A DNA stretch of 64,000 nucleotides, from positions 540,209-604,208 of the forward strand of contig JAPKYS010000023.1 of assembly GCA_026394195.1 (NCBI GenBank), given 5' to 3'. The position numbers and the translations under genes were made by a program. This DNA is from a bacterium. GTDB lineage: Bacteria; Electryoneota; B3-LCP. The notes under the pieces are model-generated. The model made no database searches and had not been told where the DNA came from. It saw only the letters and a program-made list of their open reading frames with translations. Below are positions 18,609-28,130 of the stretch, in pieces (the first letter of the stretch is position 1; the number at the start of each line of letters is the position of its first letter).

Positions 18609-19832
18609 GTGGTAAAACGGATGCGGCTCAAGAGACGACAGACTTATCTCGTTGGTTTGCCTGCGGTACTGCTGGTGTTGATTTTATTCCTGGCTGGCTG
18701 TAGTTCCGAGGATAAACAACCCATCACTCCACCGCCAGACTTATCAGAAGTCCAGTGGGCCAGCAAGCTGCCCAACCTGGTCTTCGAGTCATCGAACTAT
18801 TACCTGGTACAAGCCAGAGCGATTTTTACGGTGGAGCCAGACTCAATTGTCGTTTATATCGTCGATGCTACAGGCGGAAACGTTGCCGCTTTTCACCTCT
18901 ATGACGACGCCTCAGCCTATCCACTAAGCGACGCTTTGCAATTCTGCGATACCCATTCCGGCGATTTGGTTGCCAATAACGGAATTTATACACGGTTGGT
19001 GAACGCTAAATTCGCTGATAATCAGGGGAATTACCTTCTGAAGCTCATGATGTGGGTGGGAAACAGCGAATATCAGGATGACAACGACACCCTGGTCGTA
19101 GGAACCAGCCAGGCGCCCCAGGTCAGCGGCTTGATCTGTCCGGATACGCTAAAATCCGGCTTTGCGCCGCTGCAGATTACCGTACAGGCTTTCGATCCCG
19201 ATCCACCGGCCTCGGATTCTGTGGTCGCGGTGGTGATGAAACAATATGAATTGTCCTCGGGATTGCAATATGGGGATTCCTTAACCCTGCAGCCGTCAGG
19301 AAGCACAAATTACGGAGTAACCTTAACTCCTGCTTTTGCCCTGGGACGGCTGAGCGGTTTCTATACTTTCGTTTTCCGAGCCTGGGATTCGTTCAGCATG
19401 CTCAGCGACTCGCTGGGTAGGATTGTCTACGTGGAGAATTTTGCTCCGCACCTGTCCAATCCAACTTTTCCGGATTCCATCGGCCTCCCTGAACCCGAAA
19501 ATATTATCGAAGTGCTCATCAGCATCAAAGCATTTGACGATCAGACCAATCTGGACATCGATAAAGTCTACATGTTCTCCCGCAAACCCAACGGCGAAAT
19601 GGCAAACGGAGGGAATCCCATCCCAATGGCTGATAATGGATTGCCTTTCGATCCAGCACTCTGGAGTGAAGGTTATCTCGGCGACCAGACGGCGGGGGAT
19701 TCACTCTTCTCGACAACGGCCATCCTCTACGACACCTCCATGGTTGGAACCTATACCTTCACCTTCCGGAGTTCCGATCTGGCCGGGAATCTCAGTGATA
19801 CTTTAATTACTTCAATGGTGGTGACTCCTTGA
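18609..19832 (+). CDS. Hypothetical lipoprotein with repeated Ig-like modules
   Basis: Lipobox LFLAGCSS. Three internally similar segments end in Y.F.F...D..G..SD. The start is GTG (alternative ATG at 18621). Confidence 0.55.
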   Translation: MVKRMRLKRRQTYLVGLPAVLLVLILFLAGCSSEDKQPITPPPDLSEVQWASKLPNLVFESSNYYLVQARAIFTVEPDSIVVYIVDATGGNVAAFHLYDDASAYPLSDALQFCDTHSGDLVANNGIYTRLVNAKFADNQGNYLLKLMMWVGNSEYQDDNDTLVVGTSQAPQVSGLICPDTLKSGFAPLQITVQAFDPDPPASDSVVAVVMKQYELSSGLQYGDSLTLQPSGSTNYGVTLTPAFALGRLSGFYTFVFRAWDSFSMLSDSLGRIVYVENFAPHLSNPTFPDSIGLPEPENIIEVLISIKAFDDQTNLDIDKVYMFSRKPNGEMANGGNPIPMADNGLPFDPALWSEGYLGDQTAGDSLFSTTAILYDTSMVGTYTFTFRSSDLAGNLSDTLITSMVVTP

Positions 19833-21310
19833 AACTACGATACACTTTTAGCCTGCTGCTGGCTGTTTCACTGCAAATCTTCACCGCGTCGTATCTACAG
19901 GCTCAAATCCCCGATAAAGCCGGTTTCCGATTGGTTTCCGAGGGGGGCGTTCCATTGAGTTACCTGCTCTCTAATTCCGTCATCGACATGGTCCCCTTTG
20001 GGTCGGATATTCTCATGGGAACCGGTAATGGACTGTCGATCTGGATTGCCGGATTGCAGGATTGGGAATCCTATGATGAGAGTTACGGTCTGGGGCACGG
20101 CTCGGTATCAGCTCTGGGCGCGAAAAATGGCGTTGTCTGGGCTGCCACTGCCTATTCTCAGGAGACTTCCCAGGGTTTTCTCCCTGCCGGTGGCGGCGTC
20201 GGATTTTCCACGGACGAGGGTTTGAGCTGGACCTGGTTTCAACAACCGGTCGATCCCGACACTGTCACTTTATACGATCCCACCACTACCAACATCCAAA
20301 ACGTTACCTACGATCTTCTGGTCACCGACAGCGCAGTTTGGATCGCTTCTTTCGGCGGTGGATTGCGCAAATTCAGCTTCGCCGACAGCGCCTGGCACGT
20401 CGTACCTCCCGATACGCTTCCTTTTTCATCGTTGGATTACCTGAACCACCGCGCCTTCTCCGTTACGGGTGATGACAGCATTCTCTGGGTTGGCACTGCG
20501 GCAGGAGTCAACAAATCCACCGATGGTGGGGTAACCTGGACCAACTACTCACACAACCCCAACAATCCCAACACCCTTTCCGGCAACTTCGTGACCGCTC
20601 TGGGGCGCCAGGTGTGGGGAATTCATGACGTCATTTGGGCTGCCACCTGGCCTGCAGTCGGAACCGGAGAGTATTACGGGGTTAGCAAAAGCGACGATCA
20701 GGGTCAGACCTGGCAGGTGGTACTGACCGATACGGTGCAGACTCTTAAAACTCATAATTTTGCTTTCAGCGACTCGGTGGTCTACGCTGCCACCAATCTG
20801 GGACTCTACAAGTCCATCGATGGCGGACAGCAGTGGGAAGTATTCCCGCAGATCCACGATTTTCAGACCGGTGATTCGCTCTACTCTCAGGAATTCTTCT
20901 GCGCCCTCGTGCTTGGCGATACCCTCTGGGTGGGAACCGGCGACGGCATCGCCAAAAGTTCCAATTTTGGCAACACCTGGACTGTCTATCGTTCCTTCCT
21001 GCCTCCGGACCAGAATGGACAACCCTCCACCTACGCTTATCCCAACCCCTTCTCTCCCAGGCTGCACAACGTAATCCGTTTTGCCTACAGCATGCCCAAG
21101 CCCGGCAAAGTCACCGTAAAAATCTTCGATTTTGCCATGGATGAAGTAGCTACAGTCGTCAGTGGCGAATATCATCAAACCGGCGATTATTCCGATACCT
21201 GGCATGGATTCCGCAGCGATGGCGAGGAAGTGGCTACGGGCGTTTACTTTTTCAGAGTGGAACGCGAAGGAGCCGATACAGTCTGGGGTAAGTTCGCAGT
21301 AATTTACTAA
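19829..21310 (+). CDS. BNR/Asp-box beta-propeller protein with T9SS C-terminal sorting domain
   Basis: Five SxDxGxTW-type boxes (STDEGLSW, STDGGVTW, SDDQGQTW, SIDGGQQW, SSNFGNTW). CTD YPNPFSPRL...VKIFDF...TGVYFFRVE. Confidence 0.7.
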   Translation: MKLRYTFSLLLAVSLQIFTASYLQAQIPDKAGFRLVSEGGVPLSYLLSNSVIDMVPFGSDILMGTGNGLSIWIAGLQDWESYDESYGLGHGSVSALGAKNGVVWAATAYSQETSQGFLPAGGGVGFSTDEGLSWTWFQQPVDPDTVTLYDPTTTNIQNVTYDLLVTDSAVWIASFGGGLRKFSFADSAWHVVPPDTLPFSSLDYLNHRAFSVTGDDSILWVGTAAGVNKSTDGGVTWTNYSHNPNNPNTLSGNFVTALGRQVWGIHDVIWAATWPAVGTGEYYGVSKSDDQGQTWQVVLTDTVQTLKTHNFAFSDSVVYAATNLGLYKSIDGGQQWEVFPQIHDFQTGDSLYSQEFFCALVLGDTLWVGTGDGIAKSSNFGNTWTVYRSFLPPDQNGQPSTYAYPNPFSPRLHNVIRFAYSMPKPGKVTVKIFDFAMDEVATVVSGEYHQTGDYSDTWHGFRSDGEEVATGVYFFRVEREGADTVWGKFAVIY

Positions 21311-21312
21311 TC

Positions 21313-22341
21313 ATGAGATTTACATCGCCGAATATGCAATCATTAAAATTAAAATCGCTGCAGCTCGTCACAGGGTTCGGGATACTACTCCTGACCGTAC
21401 TCAGCTTCGTTCAGCCTGCAGCAGCTGGAACCAACGCCGGAACTGCCGGAGCTTTTCTGCGGATGGGATTGGGAGCCCGAGCGCTGGCTATGGGTGACGT
21501 CGGAGTGGCCATCCCAGGCAACGGGTTCGGAATTTACTACAACCCTGCCGCTCTCCCCTACTTGAAGCAGATGACCGCACTGTCAACCTACAATTATTTA
21601 TCGCTGGATCGACATCTTAATTTCATTGGATTTGCGGCGCCGCTCCATCCTCCTGCAGGCATTCCGGGCAAGACGCTTTCCGCAGGCATGGGCGTCGGTT
21701 GGATCAACGCCGGATCGGGCGATATGGAGGCGCGTGACCCTGACGGCAAACCTCTCGGCACTTTCAGCAACTCTGAAAACGCCTTCTATTTTTCCTTTGC
21801 GCTCTGTGTCACCGAAAAGCTGGCCCTGGGAATATCGCCGAAAGTTCTTTACAATTACTTTCCAGACCTTACGTCGGGTGAATCGTTAAAGTCGACGAGG
21901 CTGGGCTTCGATGCCGGGATACTCTTCAATCCCATCGAACGTCTCTACCTGGGAGCGCAGGCTCGGCACATCAATGCTCAATATCGCTGGGATACCAGTA
22001 CCCTCTGGGGCAGCGATGGCACCGTCCGAACGGAAAAATTCCCCAGAATCTACCGGTTGGGAGCTGCCTATCAAACCGATTTTGGTCTCCTGGTGACGGG
22101 CGAATTTGAGACCAGTGATCAGAATGATAATCAAATTCATGCCGGAGCTGAGTATCTGATCATCGCCCCCAGTGAGAACAGCTTCGCTCTTCGCGCCGGT
22201 TACGACGATGAGGATCTTGCCTTCGGCATAGGTTATGGCTTTGCCCTATGGAAGGTCCGCGGACAATTTGACTATGCCTACCAGATCCAACAGATACCAC
22301 CCTTCGATTCCCAGGTGATCTCCTTCAGCGTGAGTTTCTGA
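21313..22341 (+). CDS. PorV/PorQ-family outer-membrane beta-barrel protein
   Basis: N-terminal LRMGLGARALAMGDVGVA...YYNPA signature and C-terminal ...SFSVSF. Confidence 0.65.
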   Translation: MRFTSPNMQSLKLKSLQLVTGFGILLLTVLSFVQPAAAGTNAGTAGAFLRMGLGARALAMGDVGVAIPGNGFGIYYNPAALPYLKQMTALSTYNYLSLDRHLNFIGFAAPLHPPAGIPGKTLSAGMGVGWINAGSGDMEARDPDGKPLGTFSNSENAFYFSFALCVTEKLALGISPKVLYNYFPDLTSGESLKSTRLGFDAGILFNPIERLYLGAQARHINAQYRWDTSTLWGSDGTVRTEKFPRIYRLGAAYQTDFGLLVTGEFETSDQNDNQIHAGAEYLIIAPSENSFALRAGYDDEDLAFGIGYGFALWKVRGQFDYAYQIQQIPPFDSQVISFSVSF

Positions 22342-23246
22342 TGACGAAAGTACTCAAATATACGACCTTCTTCAGCCTAATCCTTTTAGGGGTCAGCCCT
22401 GGAATCGCCGCGCCATCCGGGTCCTTTCCGCTCTTGAAGATGGCTCCTGACGCCCGATCCGTCGCTATGGGTGAAACCGGAATTGCAGGAGCAAAGGGCG
22501 CATTTTCGCTCTTCCACAACCCGGCGCTGATGACCTTCTCAGAAACCTCCCAAGCTGGGTTCGCTTATACCGACTGGCTGTTGGATTTGAGTATGCAGTC
22601 AGGCGCCTTATGTTTCAAACGTCAGAATTTGAGCATTGGACTGTCATTCAATGTCTTCAACACTCCGGGGCTGGAGAGGCGTGTGCTGCCATCGGATGAC
22701 CCTCTGGCGACCTTCTCGGCGCATGATCTGGCTGCAGGACTCAGCCTCGCCTACTTATGGCAAAACCGTCTCAGCCTGGGCATCACGGGGAGATACCTCT
22801 ACCAGCAGATCGACGTCAATGATGCTAATGGCATTGCTGGGGATTTAGGGTTGGCGTATCGACTGAATTATCGCAATATGGTTGCAGCTGCCTCCATCAG
22901 GAATATGGGACAGATGCAAGCTCTGCTGACCGAAAGAACGCCTCTACCGTCCGAAGCGTCTCTGGGACTTTCGGGGGATATTTATTCCAAGGGAGATTTT
23001 TGTCTCCGAGCTCAAGCGGATGGACAATATCTGTTAGATGACGATCTGCGCCTGCACGCGGGTTTGGAATGCGATTGGCGCAACCAGATCTTCCTGCGGG
23101 GCGGGTATCAGACCGGCAGCGAACTGCGGACTTTTTCCGGAGGCTTGGGGCTCGCCTGGCAGCGTTTCCACTTCGATTACGCCTATCAACCTCTGGCTGA
23201 AGACTTCCAGGCATCGCATCGATTCGCACTTAGCATAGATTTCTAA
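22341..23246 (+). CDS. PorV/PorQ-family outer-membrane beta-barrel protein (tandem paralog)
   Basis: LLKMAPDARSVAMGETGIAGA...FHNPA signature, ends ...ALSIDF. The start shares 1 nt with the upstream stop. Confidence 0.65.
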   Translation: MTKVLKYTTFFSLILLGVSPGIAAPSGSFPLLKMAPDARSVAMGETGIAGAKGAFSLFHNPALMTFSETSQAGFAYTDWLLDLSMQSGALCFKRQNLSIGLSFNVFNTPGLERRVLPSDDPLATFSAHDLAAGLSLAYLWQNRLSLGITGRYLYQQIDVNDANGIAGDLGLAYRLNYRNMVAAASIRNMGQMQALLTERTPLPSEASLGLSGDIYSKGDFCLRAQADGQYLLDDDLRLHAGLECDWRNQIFLRGGYQTGSELRTFSGGLGLAWQRFHFDYAYQPLAEDFQASHRFALSIDF

Positions 23247-23277
23247 ACCAAAAGGGATAAATTCAACGAGGAACGGG

Positions 23278-24393
23278 ATGGCAAAATACCGCATCGCCTG
23301 GCTGCCGGGAGACGGCGTGGGCAAAGAAGTTATGGAAGCAGCGCGTCTGGTGCTGGATAAGCTTCAACTGGACGCCCAATACATTCACGGCGACATCGGT
23401 TGGGATTTCTGGATATCCGAAGCTAATGCGCTCCCCGATAGAACCATTAAACTGTTGGGAGAAACGGATTGCGCTCTCTTCGGAGCGATCACGTCCAAGC
23501 CCAAAGATGAAGCTGATAAAGAGCTGGCTCCCCAACTGAGGGGCAAGGGACACTCCTATTTTAGTCCCATTGTGCGGCTGCGCCAGGAATTAAATCTGCA
23601 CACCAATCAGCGCCCCTGTAAAGCCTATAAGGGCAACCCGCTCAACTACCGGGACGACATCGATCTGGTGGTCTTTCGTGAGAACACGGAAGGGATGTAC
23701 GGCGGCGTCGAATTCTTTCCCTTGCCGCAATCTGTATTCGATGCTCTCTGCGTTCACCCCAAGATGAAGAAATTCGGAGAAAACCCCTTGAGCGAAATCG
23801 CTCTGTCGACCCGTATCATGACCAAGAAGGGATGCGAAAGCATCAACCGTCAAGCATTCGAATTTGCCCGCAAATTCAAGCGGCGGTCAGTGACGGTAGT
23901 GGATAAACCGAATGTGCTGCGTGAAACCGGCGGTCTGATGATCAAAGCTGCTCGAAATGTAGCTAAGGATTACCCGGAAATTCCTCTCTGGGAAACCAAC
24001 ATCGATGCTCAGTGCATGTGGCTGATCAAGAATCCGAACAATTACGACGTCCTGGTGGCTGAAAATATGTTCGGAGACATCCTCTCTGACCTCTGTGCGC
24101 AATTGGTGGGTGGATTAGGGTTCGCCTGCGCCGGCAACATCGGCGACAATTACGCCGTCTTTGAACCGACTCATGGATCCGCTCCAAAATATGCAGGTAT
24201 GTACAAAGTCAATCCCATTGCGACTATCCTGTCGGCCAAGATGATGCTGGATTGGCTGGGAGAAGTCGACAAGGGCGCTCGCCTGGAAAACGCCGTCGCT
24301 GAAGTCATCTCCGAAGGCAAAGTCCGCACCTACGATATGGATGGGAAAGCGACAACCATCGATATGGCGAAAGCTATTGCCGAAAAGGTCTGA
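23278..24393 (+). CDS. Isocitrate/isopropylmalate dehydrogenase family protein
   Basis: IAWLPGDGVGKEV N-terminus and the NMFGDILSD motif. Substrate cannot be assigned by eye. Confidence 0.85.
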   Translation: MAKYRIAWLPGDGVGKEVMEAARLVLDKLQLDAQYIHGDIGWDFWISEANALPDRTIKLLGETDCALFGAITSKPKDEADKELAPQLRGKGHSYFSPIVRLRQELNLHTNQRPCKAYKGNPLNYRDDIDLVVFRENTEGMYGGVEFFPLPQSVFDALCVHPKMKKFGENPLSEIALSTRIMTKKGCESINRQAFEFARKFKRRSVTVVDKPNVLRETGGLMIKAARNVAKDYPEIPLWETNIDAQCMWLIKNPNNYDVLVAENMFGDILSDLCAQLVGGLGFACAGNIGDNYAVFEPTHGSAPKYAGMYKVNPIATILSAKMMLDWLGEVDKGARLENAVAEVISEGKVRTYDMDGKATTIDMAKAIAEKV

Positions 24394-24403
24394 TTTTTCG
24401 ATA

Positions 24404-24425
24404 GGGACACGGCGTGCCGTGTCCC
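24404..24425. repeat. 22-nt GC-rich palindrome gggacacggcgtgccgtgtccc followed by taca
   Basis: Read directly; it is related in form to the hairpin at 427-446. Confidence 0.45.
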
Positions 24426-24445
24426 TACACCTGTAATAGTACCTA

Positions 24446-24476
24446 AAAAGCGGCTCTTGCCGCTTGATTTTTTTCA
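24446..24476 (+). terminator. Rho-independent terminator after the dehydrogenase gene
   Basis: aagcggc-tctt-gccgctt stem-loop followed by gattttttt. Confidence 0.6.
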
Positions 24477-24506
24477 TAAAGTTCATTATCTTAATAGGAT
24501 AATGGT

Positions 24507-25100
24507 ATGGCGGATGGGATGAGAAGCGTTTGGCGAATCGTGGCGGTCGGTTTCCTGGTTCTGAATCTGGCGGGGTGCGACCTATTCAAGACCCGACCCA
24601 CAGAACCGCCCAACATGGGCGGAACGCCCTGGATTTATCCCTTAAGTGTGGATCAGGTTTTCGCTAACCTGACGCAGGCGATTTCGGAAAGCAACAGCGA
24701 CCACTACCTGCGCTGCCTGTTCAGCCCGGACGATTCCAGCCATGTTTTCCTGTTCGTCCCGAACCCCAACGTTTCGGGCTGGCCCACGACCGACCCTTGG
24801 GGTTATGCCGAAGAACAGGAGACCATTCAACGGCTGTTCACTCTGGAATCTCCCGCGAACAGCGCCGTGCTGCTGCTGGAAGAGGATGGACGCCTGATCT
24901 ATCCCAATCAGGATTCCGCCTGGGTGTCACAGAATTACACGCTTACGGTTCCCACGACTGACCAGAACCTGCCGCAGCAGGTGTCGGGGCGGTCCGATTT
25001 CTACCTGGCTAAAAACGCCACTGGCTACTGGGCCATATACCGCTGGGAAGACGTGGAAGGCAATCCGTCCTGGACGGATTTAAAAGCGGGGTTGTACTAA
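24507..25100 (+). CDS. Hypothetical lipoprotein
   Basis: Lipobox LNLAGC. Weak similarity to the next gene in the region YLRCLFSPD vs YSNCLANDF. Confidence 0.55.
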   Translation: MADGMRSVWRIVAVGFLVLNLAGCDLFKTRPTEPPNMGGTPWIYPLSVDQVFANLTQAISESNSDHYLRCLFSPDDSSHVFLFVPNPNVSGWPTTDPWGYAEEQETIQRLFTLESPANSAVLLLEEDGRLIYPNQDSAWVSQNYTLTVPTTDQNLPQQVSGRSDFYLAKNATGYWAIYRWEDVEGNPSWTDLKAGLY

Positions 25101-25102
25101 GG

Positions 25103-25621
25103 GTGGCACGCATTCACAGATGCTTTACCTTTTTAGTGGTTCTGGTAACTATTCCCCTCACCGGCTGCCTGAACCCTTTCGCTCCGGCGTTAGGAGATCC
25201 GTCAGCGTCGCTGTGGACTGATCAACAGACGGTCGGCGAGCTGCTGGACAACTTTCGGAACGCCTATAATTTGCAGGATTCGCTGCGGTATTCCAACTGC
25301 TTAGCCAACGACTTCACTTTTTTATACTATGACGTCGAGAACGAACGCGAAGATCAATGGGGGTTGAACACCGATCTGAAGGCTACGGGCGGACTGTTTC
25401 GCAATTTCGAGGAAGTCCATCTGACCTGGACTGCCCTGTCGCAGATCATCCGCGATTTCGCAGCAGAAGATTCCAGCCTGGAATTCGACGCCAGCTTCAG
25501 CCTTTCGCTCTACAGCGCCAACTCATCCTATGATCTCTATGGATTTGCCCGGTTCACCGTCTTTAAGGAACCAGCCAGTCAATTCCGCATTACCATCTGG
25601 AAGGATAATTCATATTTTTAA
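25103..25621 (+). CDS. Hypothetical lipoprotein (probable paralog of the upstream gene)
   Basis: GTG start and lipobox PLTGC. Both proteins end ...W.IYRWED / ...ITIWKDN. Confidence 0.55.
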   Translation: MARIHRCFTFLVVLVTIPLTGCLNPFAPALGDPSASLWTDQQTVGELLDNFRNAYNLQDSLRYSNCLANDFTFLYYDVENEREDQWGLNTDLKATGGLFRNFEEVHLTWTALSQIIRDFAAEDSSLEFDASFSLSLYSANSSYDLYGFARFTVFKEPASQFRITIWKDNSYF

Positions 25622-25657
25622 TGGCCCAGATCACTCAGTCTAACAGGGAATCTTATC

Positions 25658-26371
25658 ATGAAATTAGGCGTCAATGTTGATCATATCGCCACCATCAGGC
25701 AGGCTCGAAACGGATCTGATCCAGACCCGGTGGCTGCAGCAATTCTGGCTCTGTTAGCCGGAGCGGACAGCATCGTCTGCCACTTGCGGGAAGACCGCCG
25801 TCACGTTCAGGATCGCGACGTCGATTTACTCAGGCAGGTGGCGCACAACCGCCTGAATTTGGAAATGGCGGCAGCTCAGGAGATCATCGAGAAAGCCTTG
25901 ATTATCAAACCGGAAGTCGTGACCCTGGTCCCGGAACGGCGCGAAGAGCTGACCACTGAAGGCGGTCTCGACGTAGTCCTGCAATCCACCAAACTAAAGG
26001 GTGTGATTGAGACGTTTAACAGCGCCGGAATAGAAGTCAGTCTGTTTATCAATCCGGAAATGGCTGCGATTCGGGAAGCGGCGAAAATCGGCGCGCAAGC
26101 GGTTGAACTGCATACGGGGATATACGCCGAAAGCCGCTCAGAGAACGCTCGCCAATTGGCGTTAGATGAATTGACCAACGCCGCCATCGCGGCAGCGAAG
26201 ATGGGGCTATTCGTCGCAGCCGGTCACGGTCTGAACTATTTCAACGTTCGTCCTGTCGCTCAAATCCAACAGATTGAAGAGCTCAATATCGGACATTCCA
26301 TCATAGCTCGAGCGGCTATGGTCGGAATGACCAAGGCTGTGGAAGACATGCGATACTTAATCGATCGATAA
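25658..26371 (+). CDS. pdxJ: Pyridoxine 5'-phosphate synthase
   Basis: MKLGVNVDHIATIRQARNGSDPDPV and EELNIGHSII are canonical PdxJ. Confidence 0.93.
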   Translation: MKLGVNVDHIATIRQARNGSDPDPVAAAILALLAGADSIVCHLREDRRHVQDRDVDLLRQVAHNRLNLEMAAAQEIIEKALIIKPEVVTLVPERREELTTEGGLDVVLQSTKLKGVIETFNSAGIEVSLFINPEMAAIREAAKIGAQAVELHTGIYAESRSENARQLALDELTNAAIAAAKMGLFVAAGHGLNYFNVRPVAQIQQIEELNIGHSIIARAAMVGMTKAVEDMRYLIDR

Positions 26372-26394
26372 TACAACTTAGATAGGGAGAAATC

Positions 26395-27552
26395 ATGCGC
26401 GTGGATGCTCGCTTAATCGGAACTATCCTCAGCATAGCGCTCTTAGGGGCTATACTGGGTTGCAGCAAAGGCGGAGGCGATGGGGGAACCAATCCACCTC
26501 AGAGTCATGCACCCACTATCGCCATTCAATCAGGTCCGGCGGATACCATCGCCGTAACAGATACCGCCGTATTCGTCTGGCACGGCGCGGACCAGGACGG
26601 TAACCTGGCGGGGTATTACGCCGGATTGGACGGAAACTATAGCTGGACTCTCGATACGACTGCAACGTATACGAACTTTACGGCTGGCACCTCTTATACC
26701 TTCCGAGTCTTCGCCAAGGATTCCAACAATGCGTTCTCTGACACAGCCTCATGGGCATTCGTGATCCGGCAACTGGTCACCAACGTAACGCTGCATGCTC
26801 TCGGTATAGGCATCACGGATGCTGACGGAGACGGATTCTGGACTCAGTTCAACGTCAAATGGTCGCCGGTAATCAACACTCCCAATGCGGAAGATCTGCG
26901 TTTGTTTGTGGGCGTCAAACCGACCTACGGTTCCTGGCCTGAGTGGACGGACAGTACAACCTTGATCAACAGAAATCCGGGGCAAGTGGATTCGTTGACG
27001 TACTCTCTCCCCCTCTTCGCCAAAAGCTACTACAACATCCGTCTGGAGGTGCACGATGCTGAAGGAGTGGTATTGGCGGAGATTCCTTATAGTCCTCAAG
27101 GCAGTCTGGCCAAGGTGGGACTGGAAGACATTGATGGATTCTTCGCCTGGTTCGACGACGCCTGGACCGCCAATGGGATCGACTCATTGCCACAGGGCAA
27201 TCCGGATGGATATTATGAGTCAATCGAGCTCTGGTGGAACGTGGATGCCTATCCCGATGCCGGGCGCGTAAAGGTAGTCGTTTACGAGCGCAATTCAGCC
27301 AACGAGGAGAGATACCTGACCCAGTCTTTTCTGTATGACGTAGATGGTTTCGGCAACTCCGACGCCATGGGTACGCTGATCCATGCTGGGATAACTTTCG
27401 ATCATTACGATTACCGGCTGGAGTTGCTGGATCAGGACAACAATTTTCTGGGTGAACTCGATTACGGCGCAGATCCCGATTTAATGGAAATCCCCCTGGG
27501 ATCACCTGTCAGCCTGACTTCAAAACCCGAGGCGGTTATGATCAATCGTTAA
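26395..27552 (+). CDS. Hypothetical lipoprotein
   Basis: Lipobox ILGCSKG and an Ig/FN3-like segment TSYTFRVFAKDSNN. No family recognised. Confidence 0.55.
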   Translation: MRVDARLIGTILSIALLGAILGCSKGGGDGGTNPPQSHAPTIAIQSGPADTIAVTDTAVFVWHGADQDGNLAGYYAGLDGNYSWTLDTTATYTNFTAGTSYTFRVFAKDSNNAFSDTASWAFVIRQLVTNVTLHALGIGITDADGDGFWTQFNVKWSPVINTPNAEDLRLFVGVKPTYGSWPEWTDSTTLINRNPGQVDSLTYSLPLFAKSYYNIRLEVHDAEGVVLAEIPYSPQGSLAKVGLEDIDGFFAWFDDAWTANGIDSLPQGNPDGYYESIELWWNVDAYPDAGRVKVVVYERNSANEERYLTQSFLYDVDGFGNSDAMGTLIHAGITFDHYDYRLELLDQDNNFLGELDYGADPDLMEIPLGSPVSLTSKPEAVMINR

Positions 27553-27593
27553 ATTCGATGAGGTAATTCACCTCAATTCAGAAGGACGAATGC

Positions 27594-28130
27594 ATGAAAG
27601 ATAAACTACTCGAACTGTTCCCCGAAATTGGGGAAATTAATGACGCAGAAATCAAAGACAAGACGCTCGATACGCTGATAGATGCTATCCGAATCGGAGG
27701 CTGGACACTGGAGGATTTAGATCAAGTCCCGTTTACTCTGCTGATCAAGGGGACCAAGGTTTCCTACCGCCAACACACCCGCGCCGTCACACAGATGGCG
27801 CTGGCTTGCGGGAAGATCATGGATCAGAACTACCGTGATAGTTTCAGGATTAACTTCGATCATCTAATTTCAGGCGCTATCCTGCATGATGTGGGTAAGC
27901 TATTGGAATTCGGCAAGAATGACGCCGGGTTTGTCAAGACACATTCCGGCAAATTACTGCGTCATCCCTTCTCCGGAGCGGGCCTCTGCGTCAAGCACGG
28001 CTTGCCTGACAAGGTGGTGCACATCGTCGCGGTTCATGCCAAGGAAGGTGAAGGTGGTTATCGCTGCCCGGAAGCAGTGGCAGTCCACCATGTGGATTTC
28101 GTCAATTTTGAGCCGTTGAGAGATCTTTGA
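27594..28130 (+). CDS. HD-domain phosphohydrolase
   Basis: AILHDVGK HD motif plus a downstream His cluster (HIVAVHAKEGEG). Confidence 0.75.
   Translation: MKDKLLELFPEIGEINDAEIKDKTLDTLIDAIRIGGWTLEDLDQVPFTLLIKGTKVSYRQHTRAVTQMALACGKIMDQNYRDSFRINFDHLISGAILHDVGKLLEFGKNDAGFVKTHSGKLLRHPFSGAGLCVKHGLPDKVVHIVAVHAKEGEGGYRCPEAVAVHHVDFVNFEPLRDL

Noticed and set aside
25104-25109. TGGCAC resembling a sigma-54 -24 element
   Set aside because: The downstream sequence is gcattcaca, not the -12 TTGC at the correct spacing. The hexamer also overlaps the GTG start codon of the lipoprotein gene.
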